DNA from: Balamuthia mandrillaris
Taxonomy: Eukaryota
Direction: 5' to 3'
Length of the DNA: 64,000 bases
NCBI GenBank assembly: GCA_031835245.2
Contig: JAVKOQ020000048.1
Location: 124,001-188,000 of the forward strand
The first letter of the stretch is position 1. Every line of letters begins with the position of its first letter. Position numbers and translations under genes: made by a program. This document shows positions 27,947-39,229 of this stretch, piece after piece. The notes beneath the pieces were generated by a model that saw only the letters and a program-made list of their open reading frames with translations, was not told the origin of the DNA and made no database searches.

Positions 27947-29428
27947 ATGGAAGAACAGGTGCTGATGCTGAGCGGTATGTTTGAGGCCCTGGACGTGGCC
28001 ACCATCAAGCGTGTGCTTCAGGAAGAGAACGGCGATGCAGAGCGGGCCATAGACTCCTTGCTCAACTTGGCAGCTTTGGATGACACCTCCTCCTCCTCTT
28101 CCAGGACCGCCGACACCGCAGGAACAACGTTGGCCTTCTCTGGATCAAGCAAGGACGACCGGGAGCACCAAGAGGTTTTATTTTTTTTCTATTTTTGCTT
28201 TTCTTTTTTGGGAGGGAAGGCGGGGGTGCTGATCCTTCGCCCACTTTGCGAAACAGGTTAGGCTGGTGGACTCTATACATTCAACAACAGCAACAACGAC
28301 CTCCGCCACAGACGATGATGACGAAGCGCTCGCCAAGGTACTTTCCCTTTCTTTCTTGCTTTCCTCCTTGTTGCGGTTCCTGTTTTGATGAAGTGGTAAC
28401 CTGCTGCCGCCGCCACTGCCCATCACTTTTGCTTACAGTTGTTACAAGAACAATTTAATGCTGAGGACGAGGACGCACGGCTGGCTCGGAGGCTGCAAGC
28501 CGAGCTCAACTATGTCCCTCCTTCTCCTGGTTTGTTTGCTTCTCTCTCTCTCTCTCTCTCTCTCACCTCCTCTTCTCCTCGCTGTACTCATCCTTTTTTT
28601 TTTGTTCTGTACAGTATATAACTTCAACTATTCCCAAAGAACCAACGGCTTTGCTGTGGCTGGCAGCGACGACGACAGCAGCTCCGATGGGTTCGATCTG
28701 ACCAACTTTCTCAGCGAGGAAAACCTAGCAGAGTTCACCAAGGCCATCAAGGAGAACATGCTGCCAACCCTGCTGGAGGGCTTGAAGGAGATTGAGCTTC
28801 CAGCCATTGATGAAACCATTGAGGCCGGCAAACAACTGGGGCCTATTGCCTTTGGTCTGGACAAGCTGCGCATCTCAGAGGCCACTTTGCCGGAGGATAA
28901 AGTGGAGCTAAAAGTGAAACCTGAAACGCAGGAGCTTTGTCTTAACGTGTAGGTTACTTGTCTATCTGTTGTCTTTCTTCATTCTTCATACGATTAACTC
29001 GGTTTCAACATTATAGGGAAGATATAACTTTGAGTGTATCCCAGTTTGAGTGGTTCTATCGCAAAGAAAAATTTCCCAAGTTGAAAGACAAGGGCCAGGC
29101 GGATGCTGGCATTTCCAATGTTCATGTCGACGTTACCCTGAAGCTTGATGCCCTTAACGGCCCGGCTCTAAAGTGTACTTCATGTAACGTCAAGATAGGC
29201 AAACTCAAGATCAAAGTTTCGGGTATGTATAACCTCTTCTTCCTTTGTTGAAACGAAGCTAACAGCCGTTTAAAACAAAATTACATTACAACAGGCACAA
29301 AAGGAAGCATGCTGTATAACATAGTGATCGCAGCAATCAAAAAGCTGCTCAAAGGGCAGCTGGAAAGTGCTCTACAATCAATGGTGCATGAGGCTGTGGA
29401 AGAGCAGGTCAACGACATTTTGGATTGA
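27947..29428 (+). CDS. CUE domain + UIM/MIU-like repeats + BPI/TULIP-like lipid-binding domain
   Basis: CUE: LSGMFEALDVATIKRVLQEENGDAERAIDSLL. Repeats DEALAKLLQEQ and DARLARRLQAEL. C-terminus FEWFYRKEKFPKLKDKGQAD...VKIGKLKIKVSG..LYNIVIAAIKKLLKGQLE is BPI-fold-like. Confidence 0.65.
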
Positions 29429-29575
29429 TGATATAAAAAAGAGGTTGAGTTCTTGTGTACATAGAGAGTGCGCCTGGCACCAAGCCACGACGTGGGTCCA
29501 TCGTTTGCCTCTGCCCTGTAACTCTCCTTTCTCCTTTGCAAAAAATAGAAAAAACTCACAATAAAAAAAAAGAAA

Positions 29576-29663
29576 TCCGGCAACCCGGACTCGAACCAGG
29601 AACCAACGGAAAGCTATTTGTAACAACTACAGTCCGCTGCGCTACCAATTGCGCCATTGCCGG
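29576..29663 (-). tRNA. tRNA-Tyr(GTA) with 15-nt intron (29612-29626)
   Basis: Reverse complement folds into a cloverleaf: acceptor CCGGCAA/TTGCCGG plus A73, D arm GCGC/GCGC, anticodon stem GCGGA/TCCGT with GTA, T-loop TTCGAGT. Intron follows position 37; downstream T-run terminator. Confidence 0.95.
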
Positions 29664-29787
29664 ATGTTCATTCATCTTACCTTATTTTTGAGGAGAGATG
29701 AGAAAAAGTACATTACCGAAATATATTTTGGTCGGTAGAAAAAATTGTGGGCTTGCTTGCTTGTGGTGTGGCCGAAACGCGTGTAGC

Positions 29788-31315
29788 ATGCAGCAGGCCG
29801 CTGTGGAAGTGGTGGTCCCTGGAGGAGCAGCCACGCTGGGGGAAGGTCCCATCTACCACAACAGGACCAACCAGCTTTACTGGGTGGACATCCTGCAGAA
29901 AAGGGTGCATGCCTTTGACCCGTCTACTGGCCAGGACCGTTATGCTGAAGTCCCTTACCTCATTGGCTCTTGGTTTGTTTTCTCTCGTTACTACCTTAAT
30001 TTGTTCTTCTTGTTGTTCTTCTTCTTGGTTCTTTGTTTCTTATTCTTGTTCTTGTTCTTCTTCTTCTCTTCCTCCTCCTTCGTTTTCCTCATCTTGTTCT
30101 CCTCTCCTCCTCCTTCTTCTCTTCCTCCTCCTTCTTTTTCTTCATCTCCTCCTCCTCTCTCTTCTTCCTTCTCATACCATCTCTTGCTTTTTCTTTCAAG
30201 TGCACCTGCCGCCAAAGCTACTTGCAAGAAAGAGAATGATGAAGAGGAAGGCGAACGCCTAGTAGCAGCCATGGAGAACGGATTTTCTATGCTGGACGCT
30301 GCTAGCGGGAAGGTTTTGCACCACATCCACGACCCAGAACCTCATCTTACAGGCAACCGCTTCAACGACGGCAAGTGTGATCCTTTGGGAAGGTTCATGG
30401 CTGGCACCATGGACAAGAGCGAACGCTGCCAGAGCGGCAGCTTATACCTCCTTCGTTCTTCCAGCAGCAACAGCAAGAGGAGCAGAAATGAAAAGGATGA
30501 CGAAGAGGATGAGGAAGGAGCTTCTACTTGGATTACAGAAGGCGGATATGTGGTACGAAAGTTGGTCAATAACTGTGCCACTGTTTCGAACGGACTCGTT
30601 TGGAACTTACAGCATGACAAACTCTTCTATATTGACAGGTTCTCTTTGTCCTTTTCTTTTTCTCGTTTTCGTAAGAAGAAACAAGAAGATGTATAAGTAT
30701 ATGCGAGCTAACATGTTGTGATAGCCCAACAAAGGTTGTAGCTGTGTTTGATTGGGACCGTGATAGTGGAGCTATCAGCAGCCAGCGTTTGGCTTTTGAT
30801 GTGTCTTCAGTTGCTGGGTTGCCTGATGGAATGACCAGTTTGTTCTCTCTCTCTCTCTCTCTCACTCTTGTGACAGCATTTTTACTTCAAAACTATCACA
30901 GTTGATACAGAGGGCATGCTATGGATTGCGCATTGGGGTGGTGGTTGTGTCACTCGTTGGGATCCTGAGGTTTGTTCTCCTTCCTCCTTCCTCCTTCATC
31001 TCTTTTCTCTTCCACACCATTCTCCTCCACATCCTTCTTGTCCTCTTATATCTTATTCTCTTCTCTTCCATACCATCCTCCTTTTCTCTTTCCTGCTGCA
31101 ACGATGAACAGAAAGGAGCGCTGCTGCAAAGAGTGGATCTGCCAAAGGTCAGCAGGATAACGTCATGCATATTTGGCGGTGAGCACATGCGACACCTCTA
31201 CGTGACAACCGCCGCAGTAAACACCACCCTGGAGGAGGAGCCCAATGCCGGAGCTCTATTCCGTCTGGATGTTGGCGTGGGAGGCATCGAAGCGCCAGAG
31301 TTTGCGGCAGCATGA
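29788..31315 (+). CDS. SMP-30/gluconolactonase/regucalcin family protein
   Basis: [62 protein letters not shown]. Confidence 0.93.
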
Positions 31316-31550
31316 CCGCGTTGACTAAAAGCCTAAAAGGAGGTTTTAATGATAGCAGTAATAATAACTTTGATTTTCTACTAACAAACAGCGTAACGCC
31401 GTTTTTGTTTTTGTTTTTTTTATTTTCTTTCAGCAAAGCAGAAGGAAGGAGGGACTTGCTCTGCTCTTGCTTCTTTCAACAACAAAAAAGCGCGTAAAAT
31501 ACGTTTGAAGATTGATTTTTTTTTAAAGCAATATAGAGTCATAAAAAGAG

Positions 31551-33143
31551 ATGACAGAAACAAAACTCAACGAACAAGAAAGGCTGAGCGTGGAGGAGGC
31601 CGCCCAAGGCAGGGTGCTCACCTCCGCCGTGGCGAGGCTGTACAAGGGGGACGCCTCCGGCCGCTGGATCTACACCAACCTCTGGGGCGCCGCCGTTGTG
31701 GTTCAGTCTTCTCCTCGCCCTCGCCTGCGTCTCATCGAAATAGGGATGGCCGGGAGGAAGCTTTGGGACGAGGAGATCAGCCCCAAGCTCAACTACAAGC
31801 AGGCTAAGCCGTTCTTTCACACCTTTCAGAGCCAAGCCTCCCAGCCACAAAGGACCATCTTTGGGCTCTGCTTTGCCGACGAAGGGGACGCCGCTCAGCT
31901 CTATTCCGCTGTTTCTTCTTCCTTCTCAGCGGCTCCGTCTTTGCCGCCAGCCTTACCGCCAGCCTTACCGCCAGGACGAGGCGGGGGAGGAGGAGCACCG
32001 GCCTTGCCACCGGGAAGAGCGCCGTTGCCACCACCGCTGTCTATGCCGCTTCCCGATGAGCTGCCACCCCCGTTACCGCCACCGCTTGATCAAGATGACG
32101 CGGACCTAGGGGGACCTCCCCCTCTTCCACCGCCACCAGAGGACCTTCCGCCATTGCCGGATGCTTTTGACGCTGCCGGAGGTCCACCGGACCTACCGCC
32201 ACCGCTTCCTCCTGCGTTTGATGAGGAGGATCTGCAACAGCAGCAGCAACAAGGAGCCAAACCATTCACGCTGGGTCCAGACTCTCCACTGACGCTCTAT
32301 CCGATCAAGGCGCCACATCCCTCCACTTTAGGAGGAGCAGGAGCAGAGGTAGCAGTTAGCAACGGTAAGAAAGACAAGAAGAAAGATAAGAAAGAGAAGG
32401 AGAAGAAGGGGTCCTCACGTAGGGTCAAGGCCCTGGCCAAGGAGGGCAGCAACAGCGCCACCAACAGCGGCAAGAAGAAAGGCAGCTGGTTCAAACGCGT
32501 GCGCGGCAGGAGCAGCAGCAACAGCACCAGCAACGTCCCCTCCGTGGGACAGGTCATCGGCAGTCCCACAAACGTTCAGCACGACATGCACGTCGGCATG
32601 AGCGCCACCGGCGGCTTTGAGATTCGCAACATCCCCGCCGAGTGGAAGAGGATCTTCAAGGATGCCGGCATCAAGAAGAAAGAGCTTCTGGATGGAGACA
32701 CCGCCCAGTTCATCATGGAGACCGTCATGGAGGCCACCATCAACAGTCAGTTGGGCATCAAAGACGCTGCTCCCCCGCCCCCTCCTCCGGCGGCTGGCCC
32801 GCCGCCTCCCCCCGTCGGGAATGCTCCTCCACCACCGATGCCTCCCCCCGCAGCCCCCGGCGGGCCGCCTCCCCCTCCCATTCCTGCTGCTGGCTCCGCT
32901 GCTGCTGCTTCCAACGAAGAAGGTGGCGGCGGCGGCGGCGGCGCCTTTGGAGGAGGCAACGCGTTGTTGGCTGGTTTGCAGGCGGCCAAGTTGAAGAGCG
33001 TGGCGGCCCAGACGAGGGAGTTGCCGAGCCTGAAGGATACTGGCACCAATATCGCGGATACGTTGGCCAAGGCCATGCAAGCTCGTCGCTTGGGCATGGA
33101 TATTTCTGACGATGAAGAGGAGGACGAGGAATGGAGTGATTGA
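31551..33143 (+). CDS. WASP-family actin nucleation promoting factor (WH1, basic, CRIB, Pro-rich, WH2-C-A); intronless
   Basis: WH1 (AVARLY..PFFHTF..FGLCFADEGDA), CRIB IGSPTNVQHDMHVG..IPAEWKRIF, WH2 NALLAGLQAAKLKSV, acidic tail DDEEEDEEWSD*. Confidence 0.95.
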   Translation: MTETKLNEQERLSVEEAAQGRVLTSAVARLYKGDASGRWIYTNLWGAAVVVQSSPRPRLRLIEIGMAGRKLWDEEISPKLNYKQAKPFFHTFQSQASQPQRTIFGLCFADEGDAAQLYSAVSSSFSAAPSLPPALPPALPPGRGGGGGAPALPPGRAPLPPPLSMPLPDELPPPLPPPLDQDDADLGGPPPLPPPPEDLPPLPDAFDAAGGPPDLPPPLPPAFDEEDLQQQQQQGAKPFTLGPDSPLTLYPIKAPHPSTLGGAGAEVAVSNGKKDKKKDKKEKEKKGSSRRVKALAKEGSNSATNSGKKKGSWFKRVRGRSSSNSTSNVPSVGQVIGSPTNVQHDMHVGMSATGGFEIRNIPAEWKRIFKDAGIKKKELLDGDTAQFIMETVMEATINSQLGIKDAAPPPPPPAAGPPPPPVGNAPPPPMPPPAAPGGPPPPPIPAAGSAAAASNEEGGGGGGGAFGGGNALLAGLQAAKLKSVAAQTRELPSLKDTGTNIADTLAKAMQARRLGMDISDDEEEDEEWSD

Positions 33144-33274
33144 GGATCGAAACGAAAAGCAAGAAGGAAGACAACAAAGCAAAAGAAAGCAAGAAGAGAA
33201 AGGACCACACTTGTGCGACGTTGTGCCTTTGTACTACCACCATTTGTTGTGAATTGTACTAATAAAAATGAAGT

Positions 33275-34149
33275 TTAGTTTTCCTTTTCTTTCTCTTTCT
33301 CCTCTAACGTTTCCCCTTCCTCAGGGGACATAAGCAATTGTTGGCATTGATCTTCCAAGAGGCCTTTGTACACCTCGAATTTGTGGTTAAGAGAGGGATG
33401 CGTGTGCAGCTTGGCTTTGCTGCCCAGTCCCCCTCTTTCCTCGTTGCTGCATGCGTAGATCACACGCGCAAAGCGAGAGTGAAGAATCGCCATTGAACAC
33501 CTTTTTCCGTTTTTCATCCGTGTTAAAGGAGAGAAATAGAGAAAGAGGACGAGGGAACGAGAGAGGACAGAAGAGGGAGAGAGGGTGAGTACATGATGCA
33601 AGGCTCTTGGGTGGTGTACAGGTGATAATCAGTACAAAGGTAATGGTTCCGCCGCTGTGGATGGTCGCGGAGCTCCTTCCGCGCTACCTCATCAATGCAT
33701 TCTATCACGGCATGCTTTAACGGATGAATCTTAAGCGATGGACACAATTGTTGTTTTTGTTGTAAACGATGCTGGCGATAATGGTGCCTGCCGCTGTGAT
33801 CAAATCCTCGGGCTATAATGCGGTTGGTGCGTGGATCAACGACTACTGCCCCTACCGCCCTCTTTTTGTATGAGAGAGTTAGAAGGAAGTAAAGGTTCGA
33901 GAAAAAGAGGGAAAACCTAACCATTCCATTGGCGCGAGCATAGAGAGCAAGCTCGATGGCTTGCTGCATGTGTTGTGGCATTGATAACAGCAAGTGTTGC
34001 TTCCAATTGTTTGGCCACATCTCCGGCCTGCGGACAAGCATACCACCAACAGAAGAAGTGATCAGAAAGACAAAGAAGCATCACCAATAGGAAAAAAAAG
34101 CAAGAAAACGCATGTCATCGTCAAGAGAGAAGGACGAGAAAGAAAGAAG

Positions 34150-34194
<45 letters not shown>

Positions 34195-35007
34195 TAAAGA
34201 AAACTAAACTTGTCCATAGGACGAGCATGAATAGGCCAAACCACGTTCCACTCACGATACTGCTGAAGAGTAAGAGGAGCATGTTGAGGCACGCCCACTT
34301 CTTCCACCGCTGTTGCCATCAGCTCCTTCCATCCACCAGCGGAGGAGGAAGAAGGAAGAAGATTTATCTGTGCCGACAACGTCTCCGCTACGTTCTCTTC
34401 CAACCACTTTTGTTTGCTACAGAGCAAAACGGACAATCGATCCACTCTCTCCATATTCTCTTTTGTCTTCTTCCTTTTTGTCTTCGCTTCTCTCTCAGCT
34501 TTGTCTTCTTCCTCTTCTTCCTCTCCTTTGCTTTCGTGTCGATTCACCGGTGAACAACAAGAAGAAGGAGCAACGCTGCGCCGTGCTCGCTTCAAGTGGC
34601 CCAACTCCTTGCCCAAAGGCATCACTTTGTTGAGATGTCCCAACAAAGCGTTGGCCTCTTTCAAAGGAACGTGCATTACCATGGCCTCCACTGCATGGAT
34701 TAGGTTCAGGCGAACAAGAAGAGAGAGAGAAAAAAAAAAGAAAAAAAAAGTAGTATATACGGAGTGAGAGTTCTCTTGTTTCTTCGTCGCTAAGAACAGG
34801 GTGCAACTGTGCGGCTACCTCACTGGCAGACAGCCGGGGCATCGCTACCTCCTCCTCATCCACGGCCAGCCTCTCCTTTTCGAACGAATTTGAAGCTGAT
34901 GAAGGCGCTGCGTCATTTTCACCGACTGCACAACAGAGCATCGACGCGACATCAGTTGCTCCTTCTCTGTCTTCTTCTCTTTTTCTCTTCTTGTGGGCGT
35001 CCTGCAT
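33275..35007 (-). CDS. ADAT3: tRNA adenosine-34 deaminase non-catalytic subunit Tad3/ADAT3
   Basis: LGHLKRAR, QYREWNVVWP, HPLKHAVIECID (pseudo-active HAV), [37 protein letters not shown]. Confidence 0.92.
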
Positions 35008-35177
35008 CGTCCTTGGTTGGTGTCTCTTCGTTCCTTGCTTTCGTCGCAAGTGCTTTCGGCCAGGAGAACTCTTCGCGTCGTCACGGATTTCGACCATGTC
35101 GTCACGGTATATTTCCATGACGACATGGAATAAATTGCGAGGAAGAAAGTGACAAAGAAGACCCTCAAAACAAAAAA

Positions 35178-35585
35178 ATGTGGAGCGGCGCAGCGCTCAA
35201 AGGCAGCGCCATGAAGCTGAGCTTCATCAAGTAGGTTTGCCGTTTATTGAAAGAAAGGAATTCTTTCTCAGCTCTTTTGTCTTTCATTTTGTTGCTTACA
35301 CGATGCTTTTTTTTTTGATCGGTAGCACCGCTTCGCTCAAAGAAAAGTTTGGCACGGACAAGCTGGCCAGCACTTTGTCTTCGTTTGCTTCCAAGACTAC
35401 AAATGGCGCTGCTGCTACACCTGCGAACGCCACCGCCTCTCCAAAGGTTCAGCCACGCCAATCACAGCCACAGACTCCTCCTTTGTCCCCGCGCAACTCT
35501 CACCATGACGTGCTGGCTGGAACGGAATTACTGAGAAAGTAGGCTCTTTTTCCCTCTCTTCCCATGTTGTACCGGTCTCACCTTC

Positions 35586-35623
<38 letters not shown>

Positions 35624-36699
35624 AGGCAAGATGAGGAATACAGAGTGCTGCGAAAGAACCAAGTGAAGCTGGGAGACAAAGCTGAGGTTTGCATTCTTGT
35701 TTCTTTTTGTTTTTCTTGTTTCTCATTACTTTCTTTTTCTTTTTCTTTTTCTTTTCTGTCTTTTTCTTTCTCTTTCTCTTCTGATTCATATGCGACACCA
35801 GTCATTAGACAAAGCGATAGAACAAGCGTATCAGCGATGCTCCTTTCAACACAAGTCGATGGAGGCGCTCTGTCAGGAGCTTCTCTCGTTGCCCAAGATG
35901 ATAGAAAGCCTGACGTTGTTGCAGGAACGAATGACGGCCGTTTGCCGTCAAATAGAAGAGGTTGAAGAGGTCATCGGACATCAGATAGAGGAACAAGCTG
36001 CTCTCGACCTTAGACTATGGAAAGAGCAGAAAGAGGCAGAAACTGAAACTTATCGAAACGCTAAGAAGTAATTCCCTTCTTGTTTCTTCTCCCTTTGTCA
36101 TCGTGCTCCATTCTTCTTTCTCTTGGTTTTTTATGCTCCTGCTTGCTTACTTTGGCTCTTATCGTTTCATTCCTCTCTTCTGTTACCAACACGATTATTT
36201 TAGTGTTGAGTTGTTCAGAGTGGAAACTATGTTAAGAAAGCAACGAGCAGCGTTGGATGAGGAGATGGAGCGAACGGAAAGAGAGCAACGAGCTTTGCAA
36301 GAACGGGAACAACATAAGATTCAACAGGCCTTTGATGAAGCCTTTCAGCAACAAGTCATGGAGTTCAAACTTCACGGAGCCGTTGGCTCCAACAGCAAAC
36401 GTACAAGTCCTTTCTTTCTGACTTTTCTCTTCACTGCAACTAACAACCTGCCCAACAAAGCCACAGGAGAAACATCGGGACCCAAGTTGGAAGACATTAC
36501 ATTACAGGAAGAAACCGCCACAACTGAGCTGGAAGAATTCTTGGGAAGCAACGAAGAGGATCCAAGCTACTTTGAGGATCCTTCTTCCGCTCCCTCCTCT
36601 TCACCTTCTCCTCCTGCCCCATCCGAGGAAGCTTCGTCATCATCGTCTCCACAACAACAACAAGAAGAAGAAGCGGAAGAAGAAGACAAAACCACATAA
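35178..36699 (+). CDS. DTNBP1: Dysbindin-like protein (BLOC-1 subunit)
   Basis: AGTELLRKQDEEY, QELLSLPKMIESL, AFDEAFQQQVMEF and acidic LEEFL parallel dysbindin AGLELLSRYE, QLQQLPALI, FFEEAFQQDMEQY and LDVFL. Confidence 0.75.
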
Positions 36700-36901
36700 A
36701 AACACAAAAAAAAAAGGAACTGCGATGATGTCATCGTTTTCCTTTTTTCAATGTATATGACATCACATTTAAAATCAGAGGATAAAACCTATTATCAAAC
36801 ATGAATAACATAATATGTGAATTTAAAAGAAACGATATATTAGGTTGTTGATGTAAACGAAGGGGAATAATAGGGCAAAAAGAGAAAAGAAAGAAAGAAA
36901 A

Positions 36902-38005
36902 ATGTTGGCGGAAGGAGAGGAGGACTTGGTCGCGGAGGAAGGACTGGAGGAGGAGGAGGAGGAGGCGGAAGACCTCGTTTTGGCGCTGGAGCAAGGAAAT
37001 GTGAGGCGGGCAGAGGAGAACGAACCCATCGTCTCAGAGGACACGATAAAGAGGAGCGGCGGCGCTCGTCTCTCCATGGACAGGCCCGAGCTTAAGGTTA
37101 CGAGAGGGTCGTCCCCCGCCGCCGCTCTGCCTGAAAGTCTTTTCGACCAAGAAGAGCTGAGCTATGGGGCCACCGAAGTGGAGCTGTTGGGACGATTGGG
37201 TGCAGAGCAAGCCACTCTCCTTCAAAGCTTGTTGCAGCAGCACACAACAACAGAAGAAGACACACAGCTGAAAGACAGCGGAGAAAGTTCCTCTTCTTCT
37301 TCTTCCTCTTCCTCTTCTTCAGCAAATGAACGACTGCTAGCAGTGGAGGTGCCCTCCTTTTGGATCTGCAACCGAGTGCTGGTCATCGTGTCCGTGCTCG
37401 GCACGATAGGCTTCGTGGTGGCCATTGGCCTCGTGTCTGCCCCACAGATCCGCGCCTCCCCCGACCTGTTGCTCCTGGGCGTCTTCCCGGTGGTCCTCGT
37501 GGTGCTCTTTCTCAACTTCAAGCTCTTCCAACAGCGGCGCTTCTTCGCGCTGACCGATCGGCGGGTGCTCATCTACCAGAAGGGAGGAGGGAACCCCTGC
37601 AGCCTGCAGCCCTACACCCTGGTGCAGATCCCCTACGAGGACGTGGTGGAGGTCATCTCCCGCTTCAACTGGCTGTTCTTCATGCAGGAGTTGGAGATTA
37701 GGAGAAAGTCGGACCGTTGGTTCTCGCCCACCTCCATCTCTCGGCAGTCCGGCGTGAAGCAGGAGTTCATCGATGGCATGCCAGCTCTGCGCATTCACGT
37801 CCTGCAGCACATCATTCAGGATCATGCCGCTCGTGCTGCTGCTGTTGCTCAGCAGCAACAACAGGAGAAGGAGCAGGAGAATGGTGGTTCTGCTTCCTCT
37901 TCTGGAGGAAACAAATCACGAAGAGGAGGGAAAGGAGGAAGAGGAAGGAGAGGAGGGCGAAAGGGCAATAGGTCTTCAAAACAATCAACGAACCGCTCTG
38001 GTTAA
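36902..38005 (+). CDS. Uncharacterised two-TM membrane protein with a bacterial-PH-like domain; intronless
   Basis: 367-aa ORF with acidic N-terminus, two hydrophobic helices, then FFALTDRRVLIY..QIPYEDV (bPH-type YxLTxxR motif) and a basic Gly/Arg tail. Confidence 0.6.
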   Translation: MLAEGEEDLVAEEGLEEEEEEAEDLVLALEQGNVRRAEENEPIVSEDTIKRSGGARLSMDRPELKVTRGSSPAAALPESLFDQEELSYGATEVELLGRLGAEQATLLQSLLQQHTTTEEDTQLKDSGESSSSSSSSSSSSANERLLAVEVPSFWICNRVLVIVSVLGTIGFVVAIGLVSAPQIRASPDLLLLGVFPVVLVVLFLNFKLFQQRRFFALTDRRVLIYQKGGGNPCSLQPYTLVQIPYEDVVEVISRFNWLFFMQELEIRRKSDRWFSPTSISRQSGVKQEFIDGMPALRIHVLQHIIQDHAARAAAVAQQQQQEKEQENGGSASSSGGNKSRRGGKGGRGRRGGRKGNRSSKQSTNRSG

Positions 38006-38099
38006 TAGCGTTTGCTGCTATCCCTTTTACTTTTTTAAAGTGTTATTTTATCGTTTGTTTGTTACTTTTTTGTTTTTTTTTTTTAAAAAAACAATGCAA

Positions 38100-39004
38100 C
38101 TAACATAATGCACAACCCGCTCTCTTGTTCTTCATACCATCATCCCTCTTTCTCTTCTTATGTTTCTTCCTGGTTCCCAACTTCTTCTCTGATGAAGCCA
38201 ATGACGAAGATAAACAAGCAGAAGATCTCGTTAAAGATGTCATCTCCTTTTCATTCCTCCATTCGCCGTTCTCTTTCTGCTTCTCACCATGCTGTTGTTC
38301 TTCCACCAATCTCAAAACTTGCTCCACAGCCAACCGAAACATGTCATCTACGAGATGCTTGGCTTTGGCAGAGGTCTCGACGAACTTGGCGCCAAGCTCT
38401 TCCGCCAGTTCCATGCCTTCCTCCGTGCTGATGGTACGTTCATCCTCCAAATCGCTTTTGTTGCCAACCACCACCAACGCCAATTGTTGCTGTGGGTTGG
38501 AGGACGAGAGATGTTTGCAACGAAGGATGTCTTTGTGAAAGTCTCTGAGGTCCTCAAAGCTGCTACGAGAGCAGATGGAGTAGACACAGATGAAGCCATC
38601 GCCGGTCCGATAGTAACCGTCCCGAAGGTTTGCGTAGTCGTCTTGGCCTGCGGTGTCGTATATCTCTGTATATCGTTTTGTTTTCTTCAACGGTCAGTTT
38701 ATGTTCTGTGGAAGACGAAGAGGGACAAGCAAAAGCTTACCAATGGAGTAGTTCTTGCCATTGATGTTTATTTGTTTTTTCTTTGATGCGTTAGAAGAGT
38801 AAGTCATCGTTAACGGCCGTGACTCAGAGAACATAATACACAAAGGAGAAGAGATACTATAAGAAATGGACAGCATACATAAGAGTCTTCCAAAGTTGGG
38901 TCATATTCCTCCACGAATCTACCAGCCGTGTACGCAATGGTCAGGCAAGACTTTCCAACACCACCATTTCCCAGCAGCACCACCCTTAGCGTGTTCTTTG
39001 TCAT
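38100..39004 (-). CDS. Ras-subfamily small GTPase
   Basis: G1 GNGGVGKS, effector [23 protein letters not shown], polybasic tail and CaaX CALC. First in-frame ATG used as start. Confidence 0.93.
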
Positions 39005-39229
39005 GTCGTTGTTGGCCTTTGTGCTTGCTGCTCCTCTTCCCCCATGAGATGACTCAAACCATGAGACAAAGTATGCCACTCGTTTACAAAATCAGCGATT
39101 CTGCAGAGAAACTCTATCGCTTTAAGGCAATATAGCAATTTTTGATATAGGAAGCAACCACTTGATCTCATCTGGTCAAGCGCGTTGGTTTCCGTGTTGG
39201 CCCAGGATGGTAAACATTCTCATTCTTGG

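Noticed and set aside
29612..29626. tRNA intron as a novelty
   Set aside because: A canonical 37/38 intron is usual for eukaryotic tRNA-Tyr.
33700..33730. Deaminase lacking the catalytic Glu (HAV)
   Set aside because: This is the normal pseudo-active site of ADAT3/Tad3.
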